From a virus (taxonomy: Duplodnaviria; Caudoviricetes), in the IMG/VR virus record IMGVR_UViG_3300016476_001378: a DNA stretch of 64,000 nt; one strand, given 5' to 3'. The notes below the pieces were generated by a model, which searched no databases, had not been told where the DNA came from, and worked only from the letters and a program-made list of their open reading frames with translations. The first letter of the stretch is position 1. The number at the start of each line of letters is the position of its first letter. This document shows, piece after piece, positions 20,649 to 30,300 of this stretch. Position numbers and translations under genes: made by a program.

Positions 20649-23600
20649 TCAACTATTTAACATGTCTAAATACATTTGTTCAATCATTTTTCTGTAGACT
20701 ATTCTTAGTTTTTTCTCATGGTCTATTTGCATTTGATTGAATTCGTATTTAAGTTCTCTTTCTATTCTTTGTCTTAATAAGAACTCATCTATTTCTTTCG
20801 CGCTTTCGTTTTCTTTTTGCTTTTCTTGAATCATTTGAATGATCTTTGTAGCATCTATGAAAACTTTTTCGGGGCCCTTTTCTTGTGATGTTTTAATGGC
20901 CTCCAATGTTTCTTTTTGAGCAACCTTGTTTGCTTCTTGCTGTCTTTCTTGAACATTCTGAATAGTATTTTGTATACTTTCAGTTTCGCGTTCAAGGGCG
21001 AATTCTCTATCTTCTTTGATTATAGACTGGATAATCTGATTAATAGGGCTTGAATTTTCACTTTCGGCCTCCAAAGGCTGCTCAGTTATAACCTTAACAA
21101 GTTCCTGCTGAATCTGCTGCTCTGCTCGTCTAAGATTAGCCCTGTTGTTACCTCTCTCATTCTCCAGATTTGCTCTAAATCTTTCTCTTTCTTTTAATAA
21201 CTCTTGATAAATTATACTTTCAGAACTCAAAGCTTCTTTTATCTGCTGAGTGGTAGCTGAATCTGTTGGCTGGTCTTTTGGAACTTCAGTTTTCATTAGT
21301 GTATCACCACCAACTGTGATGTATTTTACACTTTTGAGCTTTACATTGTTTTCGTCTTCTTCTTCAGCTTCTGAAGAGCCGCTTGCGCTAACCCCAGTAA
21401 TAACAGGATTTAAAGGTCTAGGCTGTTGCTGCTCTATTCCCTGATAGTCAAATTGTGTCAACCCTGAAGCCTCTTGGGTCTGCGGTATAAGTCCTTCGTT
21501 TATAATTTGCTCTGAGATTTTTTCTATGTCTCTCGGCTGCAAAGCATTATTTAAATTAATTCTACCAGGCTGTTGCACATTGTCTTCAGCGGCATCGTCC
21601 GGTCTTGAGGTGCGTCTATTGACTGCAAACAATCTAGGTATGGAAGTTTCGGGACTATCTGTCCCTGACTCACCAACCTGAGGAGCCTGTGGCAATGACA
21701 CCTGTTGCAAACTGGTTAAATCTTGCCCTCTGGTATTTCCTTGCCCTTGTTGAATAGTAGCATCAAAAATACCACCAGTTTGTGCAGATTGCCCAGGAAT
21801 ACTTCCAAAATCATTTTGTTCTGCTTGGCCAGATTGTGTCTGAATAGAAACTTCTTGAACTCCAGCAGGTGATAAAATTGTATTTCCAGCTGTACCAGAG
21901 CTTAAATTAATTCTATCTCTTCGTCTCTCTTGTGCTTCCTCCTGTGTTGCAAAGCCTGGCGCTTGACTTTCTGGCAAGGCTTCATAAGTTGTTTGATTTA
22001 AATTATCGTTTGCAGAAGATGGCAAAACTTTGCCATTTGAATCAATCTGAGGAGAAACATTTATTTGATCTGTAACAGAATAAACTTTAGACTGCTGAGA
22101 TACTAACTCGGGACTAGATACTGCATCAGTTGTTATTGTACCCTGGACATTCCCATCAGCATCAAGAGTTTGTCTAGTGTCTGCCTGGGTACCTTGAGCC
22201 GTTTGGGCTTCAGGCAAAGATACCATTTCTGGAGAATTAATTCTAGTCGCGAACTGACCAGATGCTTGTATGGCTTCTGAAATCGCCTGGGAGGCTTCAG
22301 CTTGGACAGCTTGAGTTGCCGCTTGAACGGCTTGAGCTGTCACCTGAGATGCTGCTGTTTCTATTACTTGAGAAGATTCGCTCTGAGCAACCTGAGGTGC
22401 GGATAGGTCAGTTCCAGATGTAGCTGATGCTTCTGTACCAGATGCAGCTGATGCTTCTGCGCCAGGGCGATTTCCCATGTTATTTACGGGCTGGCCAGTT
22501 ATAGGGGAAACAGAAGCCTCTAAATAGTTTCTTTGTGCATCTGGAGTGGAGCCTTCAAAACCTGGAAGTTGCACTTGCTCAACGCCATCAGGCCCCTGTT
22601 GATTTACAAATTGTGGGTTAGGCTGCTCTACAAAAACACCATCTTCATTATAATACCCAGGTGTAGGCTGTGTGTTAGAGCCTAAATTATCGCCAGGAAT
22701 CTGCCCGGCTCTTTGGATGGAAATTCTTCCACTCTGATTCTGCTCTATTGCATTAAGTGTTGCTTCTGTTTGCTCTAATGTTTCATCTAATGCCTGAATA
22801 GCATCAGATGCCTGTCCTAATCCAGAAGCCTGTGCAAGTTCTTGGTAAGTTAATTGCTTTAAATCATCAGCTTCTGCTGGGCTTTCAGAGTTAACAATTG
22901 ATGATTCTAAATTTTGAGCATCTTGAATAGTGTCTCTAATAACAACTCTTGCCGCATCCTGGACAGTATCAACTAGTCCTTGTGTGGTTTCTTGAATGGA
23001 CTCACTTGCAACTTGGGCTGCAGTTGTAACAGACTCTTTAATGACACCTTGTATGGTTTCTCCTGTTACCATTTGAGAAACTTGCTGCATCGAGCCTTCA
23101 GCAATTTGCTCAGCTGTTTGTAAAGCACTCTGTGTTACGGCGCGAGAGACATCTTGTGAAACTTGCTGTATTACATTCTGCCCTACAATCTGTTCTGTTA
23201 TTTTATCTGCTATGTCTGCGGCGTTTTGAATAACTTCTTGTGCTGCATTAGCCACTGCATTCTGTGCTGTTGACTCCAAGACATTTTGGACTACATCCTG
23301 AACGGAGTCTACATTGGAATTTTGCAACGCACCCTGAACAGCTCTCTGAGCTGCATCTTGGGCCGCACTTTCTGCAACACCCTGAGCTGTAGCCTGAGTG
23401 GTATTTTGAAGTGTGTTAATAGCCGCATTTTGCGATGCAACTTGATCTGCTATTTGAGCTGAGCCTTGGTAAAGAACTCTGTTTGCAATTTCTGCTATTT
23501 TATTTACTGCTACAGTTGCCCCAATAACATTACCATTGTCATCATAAATAGGCCCATCAGAATTATTGACTCTTGCCTTAATATTTTCAACCGCTTCTTC

Positions 23601-24812
23601 ATAAGCTTTCGTGCCTGGTTGTGCATAAAAAGTTGTTCCATCATCATTGTAAAAAACACCCGTTGAAACAGATGTCAATAATTTTTGATAAACGGGGCCC
23701 TTTAATTCATCTTTAGTCTCAGATTGACCAACCTGCCCAGACTGGGGCTGATTTTGATCTGTGGCATCAGAAGCCAATCCTAGATTTTGGGCTAAATTTT
23801 GTATTCCTCTGCTTACATTTTGGGCCAGACTTTGAAATCCCTGTATTATCCTGGGGCTTTCTTCTGATCTTTCCGATACAGATTGATTAGGCTTATTGTC
23901 TTGTGCAGGAGTTGTAAGGCTTGTTTGATTGACTGTTGTGGTCTGATTACCTAAAATCCCTTCTTCAGATGTGTTTTCCCCAGTTGTTTCTGCAGCTGAC
24001 ATAGTTGTGCCAGTAACATCATTGATTGATTGCCCTGGCACAGATGGTGATACCGCGCCTTGATTATTTGGCTGAGCCAGGGTGCTAGTTTGGTTAGCAA
24101 TTTCTGTGCTCTCAGAAGGATTCGCTTGCGCTCGAGGTTGTGCAACGTCCTGTTGTTCTGTCGAAATTAATGACTCTACAGTTGTTTGTAAAATAGAATC
24201 ATTTTCATTAAAAGGGGCCTCTTGATTAAATATTTCCGATTGGCTTGCTTCACCTAATGGCTGGAATTCAGTTTCTGTTAAGTTGTCGGCATTTGTCTCA
24301 TTTTCAATTTTGTTAATAAATTCTGGAGACTCCATTGACTGGCCAGGTATGGAACCTACTTTACCGAGTGTAACTGCGTTGGACTCTAAATTGCTAAGTT
24401 CGTTGCTATTACCTTCACTGATGCTTTGGCCAACACTATCTAAGTCAATGACAACAACTTCTTCCTCTAGGGGTTGAGAGGACTTGGGTTGGGCTGGCTT
24501 GACGTTTGCCCTAAAGGGTTGAAGAGTTGTTTTGTTGCTTGAAATTTCTACAGAATAAGACCCACTCTTAACACCAACTTTGCCAAGGTCAATAATTTGA
24601 CCAGATGTTAATGTTCCATCAAAAGTCCCTGCTACTTTACCAAAGCCATCTACAAATCTAACTTGGTATGATTCGCCAGGTTCCCCTAAATCCTTACCAG
24701 AAAAAGCTACATTGCTGCCTTCTGAGAATTCTATAGAAGAAATTTGAGGTGTATTTTGTGTGGCTGTTTGATTAACTATATTGTAATCTTTTTTTTTACC
24801 CCAGAGGGGTTT
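20649..24812 (-). CDS. Long Q/E/A-rich low-complexity protein; frame open from 24812, first ATG at 24335; possibly reached by slippage from the upstream ORF
   Basis: The track ORF 20649..24335 extends 159 sense codons upstream with no ATG/GTG/TTG, up to TAA at 24813-24815. Helical AQ-rich middle and coiled-coil C-terminus. Confidence 0.75.
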   Translation of the reverse strand, partial: KPLWGKKKDYNIVNQTATQNTPQISSIEFSEGSNVAFSGKDLGEPGESYQVRFVDGFGKVAGTFDGTLTSGQIIDLGKVGVKSGSYSVEISSNKTTLQPFRANVKPAQPKSSQPLEEEVVVIDLDSVGQSISEGNSNELSNLESNAVTLGKVGSIPGQSMESPEFINKIENETNADNLTETEFQPLGEASQSEIFNQEAPFNENDSILQTTVESLISTEQQDVAQPRAQANPSESTEIANQTSTLAQPNNQGAVSPSVPGQSINDVTGTTMSAAETTGENTSEEGILGNQTTTVNQTSLTTPAQDNKPNQSVSERSEESPRIIQGFQSLAQNVSRGIQNLAQNLGLASDATDQNQPQSGQVGQSETKDELKGPVYQKLLTSVSTGVFYNDDGTTFYAQPGTKAYEEAVENIKARVNNSDGPIYDDNGNVIGATVAVNKIAEIANRVLYQGSAQIADQVASQNAAINTLQNTTQATAQGVAESAAQDAAQRAVQGALQNSNVDSVQDVVQNVLESTAQNAVANAAQEVIQNAADIADKITEQIVGQNVIQQVSQDVSRAVTQSALQTAEQIAEGSMQQVSQMVTGETIQGVIKESVTTAAQVASESIQETTQGLVDTVQDAARVVIRDTIQDAQNLESSIVNSESPAEADDLKQLTYQELAQASGLGQASDAIQALDETLEQTEATLNAIEQNQSGRISIQRAGQIPGDNLGSNTQPTPGYYNEDGVFVEQPNPQFVNQQGPDGVEQVQLPGFEGSTPDAQRNYLEASVSPITGQPVNNMGNRPGAEASAASGTEASATSGTDLSAPQVAQSESSQVIETAASQVTAQAVQAATQAVQAEASQAISEAIQASGQFATRINSPEMVSLPEAQTAQGTQADTRQTLDADGNVQGTITTDAVSSPELVSQQSKVYSVTDQINVSPQIDSNGKVLPSSANDNLNQTTYEALPESQAPGFATQEEAQERRRDRINLSSGTAGNTILSPAGVQEVSIQTQSGQAEQNDFGSIPGQSAQTGGIFDATIQQGQGNTRGQDLTSLQQVSLPQAPQVGESGTDSPETSIPRLFAVNRRTSRPDDAAEDNVQQPGRINLNNALQPRDIEKISEQIINEGLIPQTQEASGLTQFDYQGIEQQQPRPLNPVITGVSASGSSEAEEEDENNVKLKSVKYITVGGDTLMKTEVPKDQPTDSATTQQIKEALSSESIIYQELLKERERFRANLENERGNNRANLRRAEQQIQQELVKVITEQPLEAESENSSPINQIIQSIIKEDREFALERETESIQNTIQNVQERQQEANKVAQKETLEAIKTSQEKGPEKVFIDATKIIQMIQEKQKENESAKEIDEFLLRQRIERELKYEFNQMQIDHEKKLRIVYRKMIEQMYLDMLNS

Positions 24813-25429
24813 TTAGACATTGAGTCAGGGACATAAAGCCTTGGAGATTCTCTCATCCTTTGGCTTGCAGAAATCCTATCTGGATTATTTTCTGATCTAT
24901 TTTTTGCCTTTAGTTTAGCAGACAATGTAACTTCTGTTGGAACAGACATACCTGTCTTTTTCATAAGGCCAATAACATTAGGGTCCGCTGCGACAAAGTC
25001 ATTCATTGCCTCAGATTCAAAGTCATGATAAATTGTATCTTGATTTGACTCATTTTGGAACTGGTTGATTTTTGTATATTTTTCTTCTGCTCTAGGATAA
25101 GCTATCCCAGCATCAACTTGTTGTTTTTGGTCATTAAAAAGAGGAAATTCTGGCCTCTCCTTTGATGTAAGTAAAGGCTTGTTATCCTGAGATGAAGGGA
25201 CATACCTGCGAGTAATTCTCATAGGAGCTCGCCCTAAAGGGGCATCAGGAAACTGCTCACTATCTTCATCGACAGTATACATAGTAACAGGCAAGGGTCT
25301 GGCATGAAGTGCTGATCCAGAAATAACAGGTTCGTATGCGTCTGTCAAGCCTACTTCCAATTGAGAAGCATCAACGTATTCGGATTCGTCAGGTTTAATG
25401 ATAGATGATAGTGAGAATCTTTTTGCCAT
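24776..25429 (-). CDS. Hypothetical protein, 217 aa, ending just after an A9G slippery site
   Basis: ORF ends GGG GTA AAA AAA AAG ATT ACA ATA TAG. Confidence 0.75.
   Translation of the reverse strand: MAKRFSLSSIIKPDESEYVDASQLEVGLTDAYEPVISGSALHARPLPVTMYTVDEDSEQFPDAPLGRAPMRITRRYVPSSQDNKPLLTSKERPEFPLFNDQKQQVDAGIAYPRAEEKYTKINQFQNESNQDTIYHDFESEAMNDFVAADPNVIGLMKKTGMSVPTEVTLSAKLKAKNRSENNPDRISASQRMRESPRLYVPDSMSKNPSGVKKKITI
24788..24797 (-). other. Candidate -1 frameshift or transcriptional slippage site (A9G, containing A_AAA_AAG)
   Basis: Lies inside the 37-nt overlap where the -1 frame has opened (24812) and the 0 frame has not yet closed (24776). Confidence 0.6.
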
Positions 25430-25487
25430 GTTTTTACTTTTAAAAAAATAATTTGAACCACATATTGCAGTGGTTCAAATTATACAG

Positions 25488-25709
25488 TTATTTTGGTTCT
25501 TCTTTTTTGAACCTATTTGTAGCCTTCTTTTTAAATCTACTTTTTCTATGCTTTGCGGTATCTTCTTCAACAGTTAAATCACCATGTTTGGGTTTTTCTT
25601 CAACAATTGTTCCCCAGGGCACTGGACTTTTAGACTGTTCCATTAAAGAGTCCCAATAGGATTTCCATCTAGCATCACTTGTTACTTCTTTATCCATAAT
25701 TAGCCTCAC
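25488..25709 (-). CDS. Small basic hypothetical protein, 73 aa
   Basis: GTG start overlaps the upstream TGA (GTGA). Lys/Arg-rich C-terminus. Confidence 0.6.
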   Translation of the reverse strand: MRLIMDKEVTSDARWKSYWDSLMEQSKSPVPWGTIVEEKPKHGDLTVEEDTAKHRKSRFKKKATNRFKKEEPK

Positions 25710-27646
25710 TTTTTACCCACAGCAACTGGGGTATAATTTACCTGACCTCCACCAAGACCTGTTTTTGCAAGATTTTCCATTAACATTTTATTATTTTCAA
25801 CTTCTTGCTTGACAGCAGCTTTGTAATAATTACTTGCATTTTTAGCCATTGATTCGCCCATAGGACCATGACCTGTACTAGCTTGTAAGGCCTGAGAAAT
25901 CTGCATAAGCAAATTAACAATCTTCTTACCTGTTTCCCAGGTGTTTTTAATAGCAATCGGTCTAGTGACTCTTGTATTAATTGTTTTTGTTTTGCCACTT
26001 CTATCTGTTGTTGTTTTCAAATTGTTTACCATTAAGGCTGATATTGGCGCATCTAATTGTGCTTTATTGGTATCATATTCTTCTTTTAACTCAAAATATT
26101 CTAATTCTTTTGGAAGAACTTTTCTTTGTATTTCCAAGTCTTGTTTAATTGCTTCAAGATCCTGGAGCATTGCTGTAAATTTCATTTCATTCAAAGAAAT
26201 AGTATCGCTTTGGGCTGACAATTGTTCAGAACCAGATACAGGATTGCTAATCCATTTTTTAGATTCACTTATAACAAGATTAATTTCTTCCTTCTGCTTA
26301 TTAATTTCTCTTAAAGTCTCATCAATTTTTTTAACAACATTTCCAGATGTAACCAAACTTGAAAATAATCCCAAGTCTCCAGATAGGCCCTTGGTCTTCT
26401 GTTCGCTTATATTGTTAATTTGCTTTAAATTATTTTCAATGACTCTTTGTCTTTGTTCAATCAGTGCTGATTTTCTGGTAATAAGATTACCAGCTGCACG
26501 AGCTGCCTGCTCCGCAGGAGACAATGTGCCAGAACTAGTTGTTGAAGTGGTTGTAGAAGACGTTCCACTTCCCGATGCTCCGCTTCCTGATGCTCCAGCT
26601 GAAGCACCTGCTGCTAAAATAGTTTTAAATAACTTGCTTGAACCTTTACGCCTTTTACTATTTAGATCTATACCCAGCGCATCTAAACCTTCTAGGCCTT
26701 TTGTTATTCTGTCTACTAGGCCTTTCTTTTTCATTTCAACCCTAATTAAATTTTGTATAAAAGCACCAGCATCAAAAGTTCTATCTTTTATTTCTTTTTT
26801 GGCATTTTCTAATTCCAAAATATTGGTTTCCATAAACCATGCCAAAAAGCTTCTATAAAAAATTTCAAACGCGGTAGTTAATTCATTCTGAGCCTTCATA
26901 TTTCTTATAGCAAGTGCCATGTCTTCTGTAGGTGTGCGTGTAAGCTCCATAACTGTAGCAACTTGTGACACTGATTTAGAAAAATCATTCGGATCTATCG
27001 GAGTTTTGGACCAAATTGATTTATAAAAAGGCAAAGAAATTAATAAGTTTTGATATTTTGTAAAATTTCCAGTATTTATGGCATCTAAAGCAACATTCAT
27101 AATGTATTCTGGGGTAAAAACAGGTGCTCCATCTTGCATAGATTCGAATAATTTCTTACTCCACTCCAAAACATCTTGTGGGTTACTAAATGTCTTAGCA
27201 GCTTTGGAAATAAAATTAAGAAATGTATCCCATGTATATCTTCCACTCCAAGCAGGCCAAACTTGTAAAATCATTGCAATGGCAGCATCTTCAGGTATAG
27301 ATGAATCTGCTGTTATTTTTGCAATTACAGTATCGGCATATATTTCAGCAGGCGACCTTGTACCAGGGCTCGGTGGCTTATCATCAAGGCCTTTCATAGG
27401 TTTAATGATTTTAGAAATTAATTCTTGCTTATTAGATGCTATTGTTCGTTGTTGATCTATAATGCCTTCGACTGCCTTCGCCGCAGAACCAGGCTTTGTC
27501 GTAAAATCAAATATGGCCTCGTTTATTGCGCCTTCTGGACTTGATGGCGCGCCCAACCCTTGGGTCATCTGCACGATTCCGGATTGTAGTTCGTCTGAGT
27601 CAGGTAGTGGCCAGATTGCTAATCTATAATTTCTTTGTTCAGGCAT
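25706..27646 (-). CDS. Alpha-helical/coiled-coil hypothetical virion protein, 646 aa
   Basis: Long ORF with two helical halves joined by an AGASAGASGSGASGSGTSSTTTSTTSSG linker. Confidence 0.7.
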   Translation of the reverse strand: MPEQRNYRLAIWPLPDSDELQSGIVQMTQGLGAPSSPEGAINEAIFDFTTKPGSAAKAVEGIIDQQRTIASNKQELISKIIKPMKGLDDKPPSPGTRSPAEIYADTVIAKITADSSIPEDAAIAMILQVWPAWSGRYTWDTFLNFISKAAKTFSNPQDVLEWSKKLFESMQDGAPVFTPEYIMNVALDAINTGNFTKYQNLLISLPFYKSIWSKTPIDPNDFSKSVSQVATVMELTRTPTEDMALAIRNMKAQNELTTAFEIFYRSFLAWFMETNILELENAKKEIKDRTFDAGAFIQNLIRVEMKKKGLVDRITKGLEGLDALGIDLNSKRRKGSSKLFKTILAAGASAGASGSGASGSGTSSTTTSTTSSGTLSPAEQAARAAGNLITRKSALIEQRQRVIENNLKQINNISEQKTKGLSGDLGLFSSLVTSGNVVKKIDETLREINKQKEEINLVISESKKWISNPVSGSEQLSAQSDTISLNEMKFTAMLQDLEAIKQDLEIQRKVLPKELEYFELKEEYDTNKAQLDAPISALMVNNLKTTTDRSGKTKTINTRVTRPIAIKNTWETGKKIVNLLMQISQALQASTGHGPMGESMAKNASNYYKAAVKQEVENNKMLMENLAKTGLGGGQVNYTPVAVGKK

Positions 27647-27678
27647 AATAAAGCACCATTAAAAATTTAATATTTAAA

Positions 27679-27706
27679 ATATTATAAAACTAACCACCCA
27701 TGCCCT
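27679..27706 (-). promoter_or_regulatory. AGG-class promoter candidate
   Basis: AGGG-N18-TAATAT upstream of 27646. Confidence 0.45.
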
Positions 27707-28760
27707 TGAACAAAGCACGGAAAAATCTACTTCTGCCACCAGGAAGCATGTATTCTGGTGTAACAATTGTTCTACTGGTTGGGTATCTGGCAAGAGGAAT
27801 CTTTTCTAAGAATTTATCAAAATCTTCTTTATAAAGTTTTGCATCTTCTCTTATCTGACCAAACACATCATTGTTCTCGGGGTCGGCTATTAATAGCTTA
27901 AATTCTCTATTCTTAAGCTGAATTAATAAACTTCTTAATAAATAATAAGTGGCCCCTGTAATTAATGCAGCATCATAATAAAATGGGGCTAATCCTACAG
28001 ATGTATACTTAGATGTACCTGGCTGTGCATTAATTGCCTGTAGGGCCATGTAAAGGGCATTATTGAGTTCACTATGAGAGAACATCCTAGTCCAGTAACT
28101 TGCATAAACCGTATCATAAGGCTCTAAGTTAACAGGATTGCCACTTGCATCTTTAAAATGAATTCTGCCATTATAATCTGCTTGATAGGTTAAACCTTGT
28201 GGATAGTTATCTTCATTCCCGTTAATTGTTCTATAAATTGGATTCACATCATCAAGGTGAATAAATGGATCTACATTACCATCCAAAGAAGCTCCTGAAA
28301 TTCTAATTTCTGGTTTTGGATAGGAATTCCAATATTTATGAACAAACCTACATGAACTTCTATTAAAATGCTCAAAGATAGCCTCTTCACTTTCAACATG
28401 AACTTCCATGAGTTGTCTAACTTGATAAATTAAAGAGGCCTTAACAAGCATTTCTGAGCCCATCATTGGCTGGCTTGTTGAAAGAACAGTGTTATCTGGA
28501 GCGATTTCTCTAACTCTGTAAAAATGACTTGGGTTGCCTTGTGGATCAACAAAGTCAAAAGCTGGAAATGGTAAAGTTGCAATTGTAATAAAGGAGCTAT
28601 CAAGAGTTGGCCCCCTTAAAATTTGATAAAAAGCTACGGGAGAGGTTGATTTCCTCTCCCAAGAGATATATACACCTGGATTGGCTGCAGTGGACATGTA
28701 GTCCAGCCAAGAAGTATTCGGATAATCTAACGCGGTGAATTCTTGATTTTCTGCAGCCAA
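27690..28760 (-). CDS. Putative neck/head-completion protein with N-terminal FN3-like domain, 356 aa
   Basis: TTG start with SD GAGGT. FN3-like N-terminus (VYISWE..FYQILR..FVD..FYRVR) and connector-like helical C-terminus (FSHSELNNALYMALQAINAQP). Confidence 0.55.
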   Translation of the reverse strand: MAAENQEFTALDYPNTSWLDYMSTAANPGVYISWERKSTSPVAFYQILRGPTLDSSFITIATLPFPAFDFVDPQGNPSHFYRVREIAPDNTVLSTSQPMMGSEMLVKASLIYQVRQLMEVHVESEEAIFEHFNRSSCRFVHKYWNSYPKPEIRISGASLDGNVDPFIHLDDVNPIYRTINGNEDNYPQGLTYQADYNGRIHFKDASGNPVNLEPYDTVYASYWTRMFSHSELNNALYMALQAINAQPGTSKYTSVGLAPFYYDAALITGATYYLLRSLLIQLKNREFKLLIADPENNDVFGQIREDAKLYKEDFDKFLEKIPLARYPTSRTIVTPEYMLPGGRSRFFRALFKGMGG

Positions 28761-28772
28761 TTTGTTACCTCA

Positions 28773-29579
28773 TTATCGCTTGCGCTTTACAGAGCCCTTC
28801 TTTGACTCTTCCTCATACGCATCCATCTCATCATCATCTCCGATAAGAATTTCTTCAGCGTATGATTCATTAGAATCAATGACCAAATTTGTATGGTCGA
28901 TGCCTGCTAGGCGCTGATCTCTATTAAAGTTAGTCATGCTGGCCTGTGCTGGTGCTCTATTGTCACCATCGCCGTATGAAGGTACAGCATAAGTTGCCTT
29001 ACCTCTACCTGGATCTCCAGACCAAGATCCTGTGCTTGTTCTGTTCATATAGTTACGAACAATGTCAGGATTATCCTGTGTCATTTGGCCAAATTCTCGA
29101 GCTGTGAGAATCTTGCCTTGCTCTGCATAAGCTGTGCGGAGGTTGTTAAAAGCCTGTGCGTAAGATGAGTGATCTGTAGCGAAACCAGCTGTTGAAACCA
29201 ATCCACTCTTATCGCCACCACCTGCGCGAGCTGCATCAAATGTGTCTGCTACAATTTGCTTGCCATCGACATTAATGATACTGGATTCACGCTGTGCAGC
29301 TTCCTTGCGCTGCTCCTGCTGAAGCATGGCGATTTCCATCTCCATGAGCTGATCAGCCTCTTCACGGGAAATCTTTTGCAAGTTTCCGAGAGCCAAAGAA
29401 CGACGAATGTCTCTTGACTTCTTAAGAAGTGTTGGGTCTTCTGAAAGAAGATCCTTAACCTCATAAGGCTCAAAATAGATACCCATGTCTGAAACGAAGT
29501 GATGTCCTGGTGTTACGTTTTGAACGAAGAATGAATCCTCTTCAAGCTCAGGAGAGACTACTGTCTTTGTATTATTCAT
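28773..29579 (-). CDS. Hypothetical protein, 268 aa, probably virion-associated
   Basis: SD AAGGA and its own promoter motif. No family recognised. Confidence 0.7.
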   Translation of the reverse strand: MNNTKTVVSPELEEDSFFVQNVTPGHHFVSDMGIYFEPYEVKDLLSEDPTLLKKSRDIRRSLALGNLQKISREEADQLMEMEIAMLQQEQRKEAAQRESSIINVDGKQIVADTFDAARAGGGDKSGLVSTAGFATDHSSYAQAFNNLRTAYAEQGKILTAREFGQMTQDNPDIVRNYMNRTSTGSWSGDPGRGKATYAVPSYGDGDNRAPAQASMTNFNRDQRLAGIDHTNLVIDSNESYAEEILIGDDDEMDAYEEESKKGSVKRKR

Positions 29580-29636
29580 TTTAATTTTCCTTTTTATTTT
29601 TTGGAATTTAACATTGTTTTTAAATGTTAAGATCTA

Positions 29637-29664
29637 CTTTTCTATCAAATGGGGTAAAAATCCT
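29637..29664 (-). promoter_or_regulatory. AGG-class promoter candidate
   Basis: AGGA-N18-GAAAAG upstream of 29579. Confidence 0.55.
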
Positions 29665-29668
29665 GTTT

Positions 29669-30016
29669 TTACTTTTTCTTTTTGGAAGAGGGGCCCTTCC
29701 ATACAGTTTTATCGTACTCTCCGCCAGTCCACAGTTCATTAGATTGGCCTTCTCTGCTATTTGGTCCAAATTCTTTTTTGCGTTTGTCCCTAGCATCCTT
29801 CATGTAGGCTCCCATGTCTCGCCTACTCTTTTTAACACCAGCGTTTTTCTCACCGAGTGTTAGACCCATGTGAAAAGATGCCAAACCGGGCACCTTTTTT
29901 GTGTCTTTTGAACCACATTCCTCGCAAGCCCACTGTTCTGAGGTTGATTTTTCAAAGGTTGTAAAAACTTCAAAATCACATTCACAGTCATTGCACATAA
30001 AAGAATAAATTGGCAT
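29669..30016 (-). CDS. FmdB-family zinc-ribbon protein
   Basis: MPIYSFMCNDCECDFEV...CEECGS matches the MPxYxYxCxxCGxxFE...CPxCG pattern. SD GGAGG. Confidence 0.85.
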   Translation of the reverse strand: MPIYSFMCNDCECDFEVFTTFEKSTSEQWACEECGSKDTKKVPGLASFHMGLTLGEKNAGVKKSRRDMGAYMKDARDKRKKEFGPNSREGQSNELWTGGEYDKTVWKGPSSKKKK

Positions 30017-30058
30017 ACAAATCCTCCAAAAATAGATTGTACAAAATTATTTGAAACA

Positions 30059-30086
30059 AGGTCATTTTGAGGCTAAATTATAAATA
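30059..30086 (+). promoter_or_regulatory. AGG-class promoter candidate
   Basis: AGGT-N18-TAAATA upstream of 30108. Confidence 0.55.
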
Positions 30087-30107
30087 TTTAAAAGAGGGTT
30101 TATTAAA

Positions 30108-30296
30108 ATGGATAACAAAAAAAGTACAACTATTACAGTGCCTATGTACTGTGTCAAATGCAGATCTAAAGTTATAGTTACAGGCCCCAAATTGATTACT
30201 TGGCCGAATGGCAAAAAGGCTATTGAGGGTCATTGTCCACACTGCAATACTAAAACTTTCAAAGTCGTAAAGAGTACGTTTACATTGGAGGGTTAA
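30108..30296 (+). CDS. Small zinc-ribbon protein, DUF5679-like
   Basis: YCVKCR...NGKKAIEGHCPHCNTKTFK. SD GAGG. Confidence 0.8.
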   Translation: MDNKKSTTITVPMYCVKCRSKVIVTGPKLITWPNGKKAIEGHCPHCNTKTFKVVKSTFTLEG

Positions 30297-30300
30297 TAAA

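Noticed and set aside
24700-24778. Stop-codon recoding (TAG read-through) to explain the gap after 24776
   Set aside because: The 0 frame does not join the 1228-aa ORF, and the window's long genes are intact under the standard code with TAG, TGA and TAA all used as stops.
25941-26858. 305-aa hydrophobic plus-strand ORF
   Set aside because: It lies wholly antisense to the 646-aa gene. Its L/S/F/I-rich composition mirrors K/E/Q codons.
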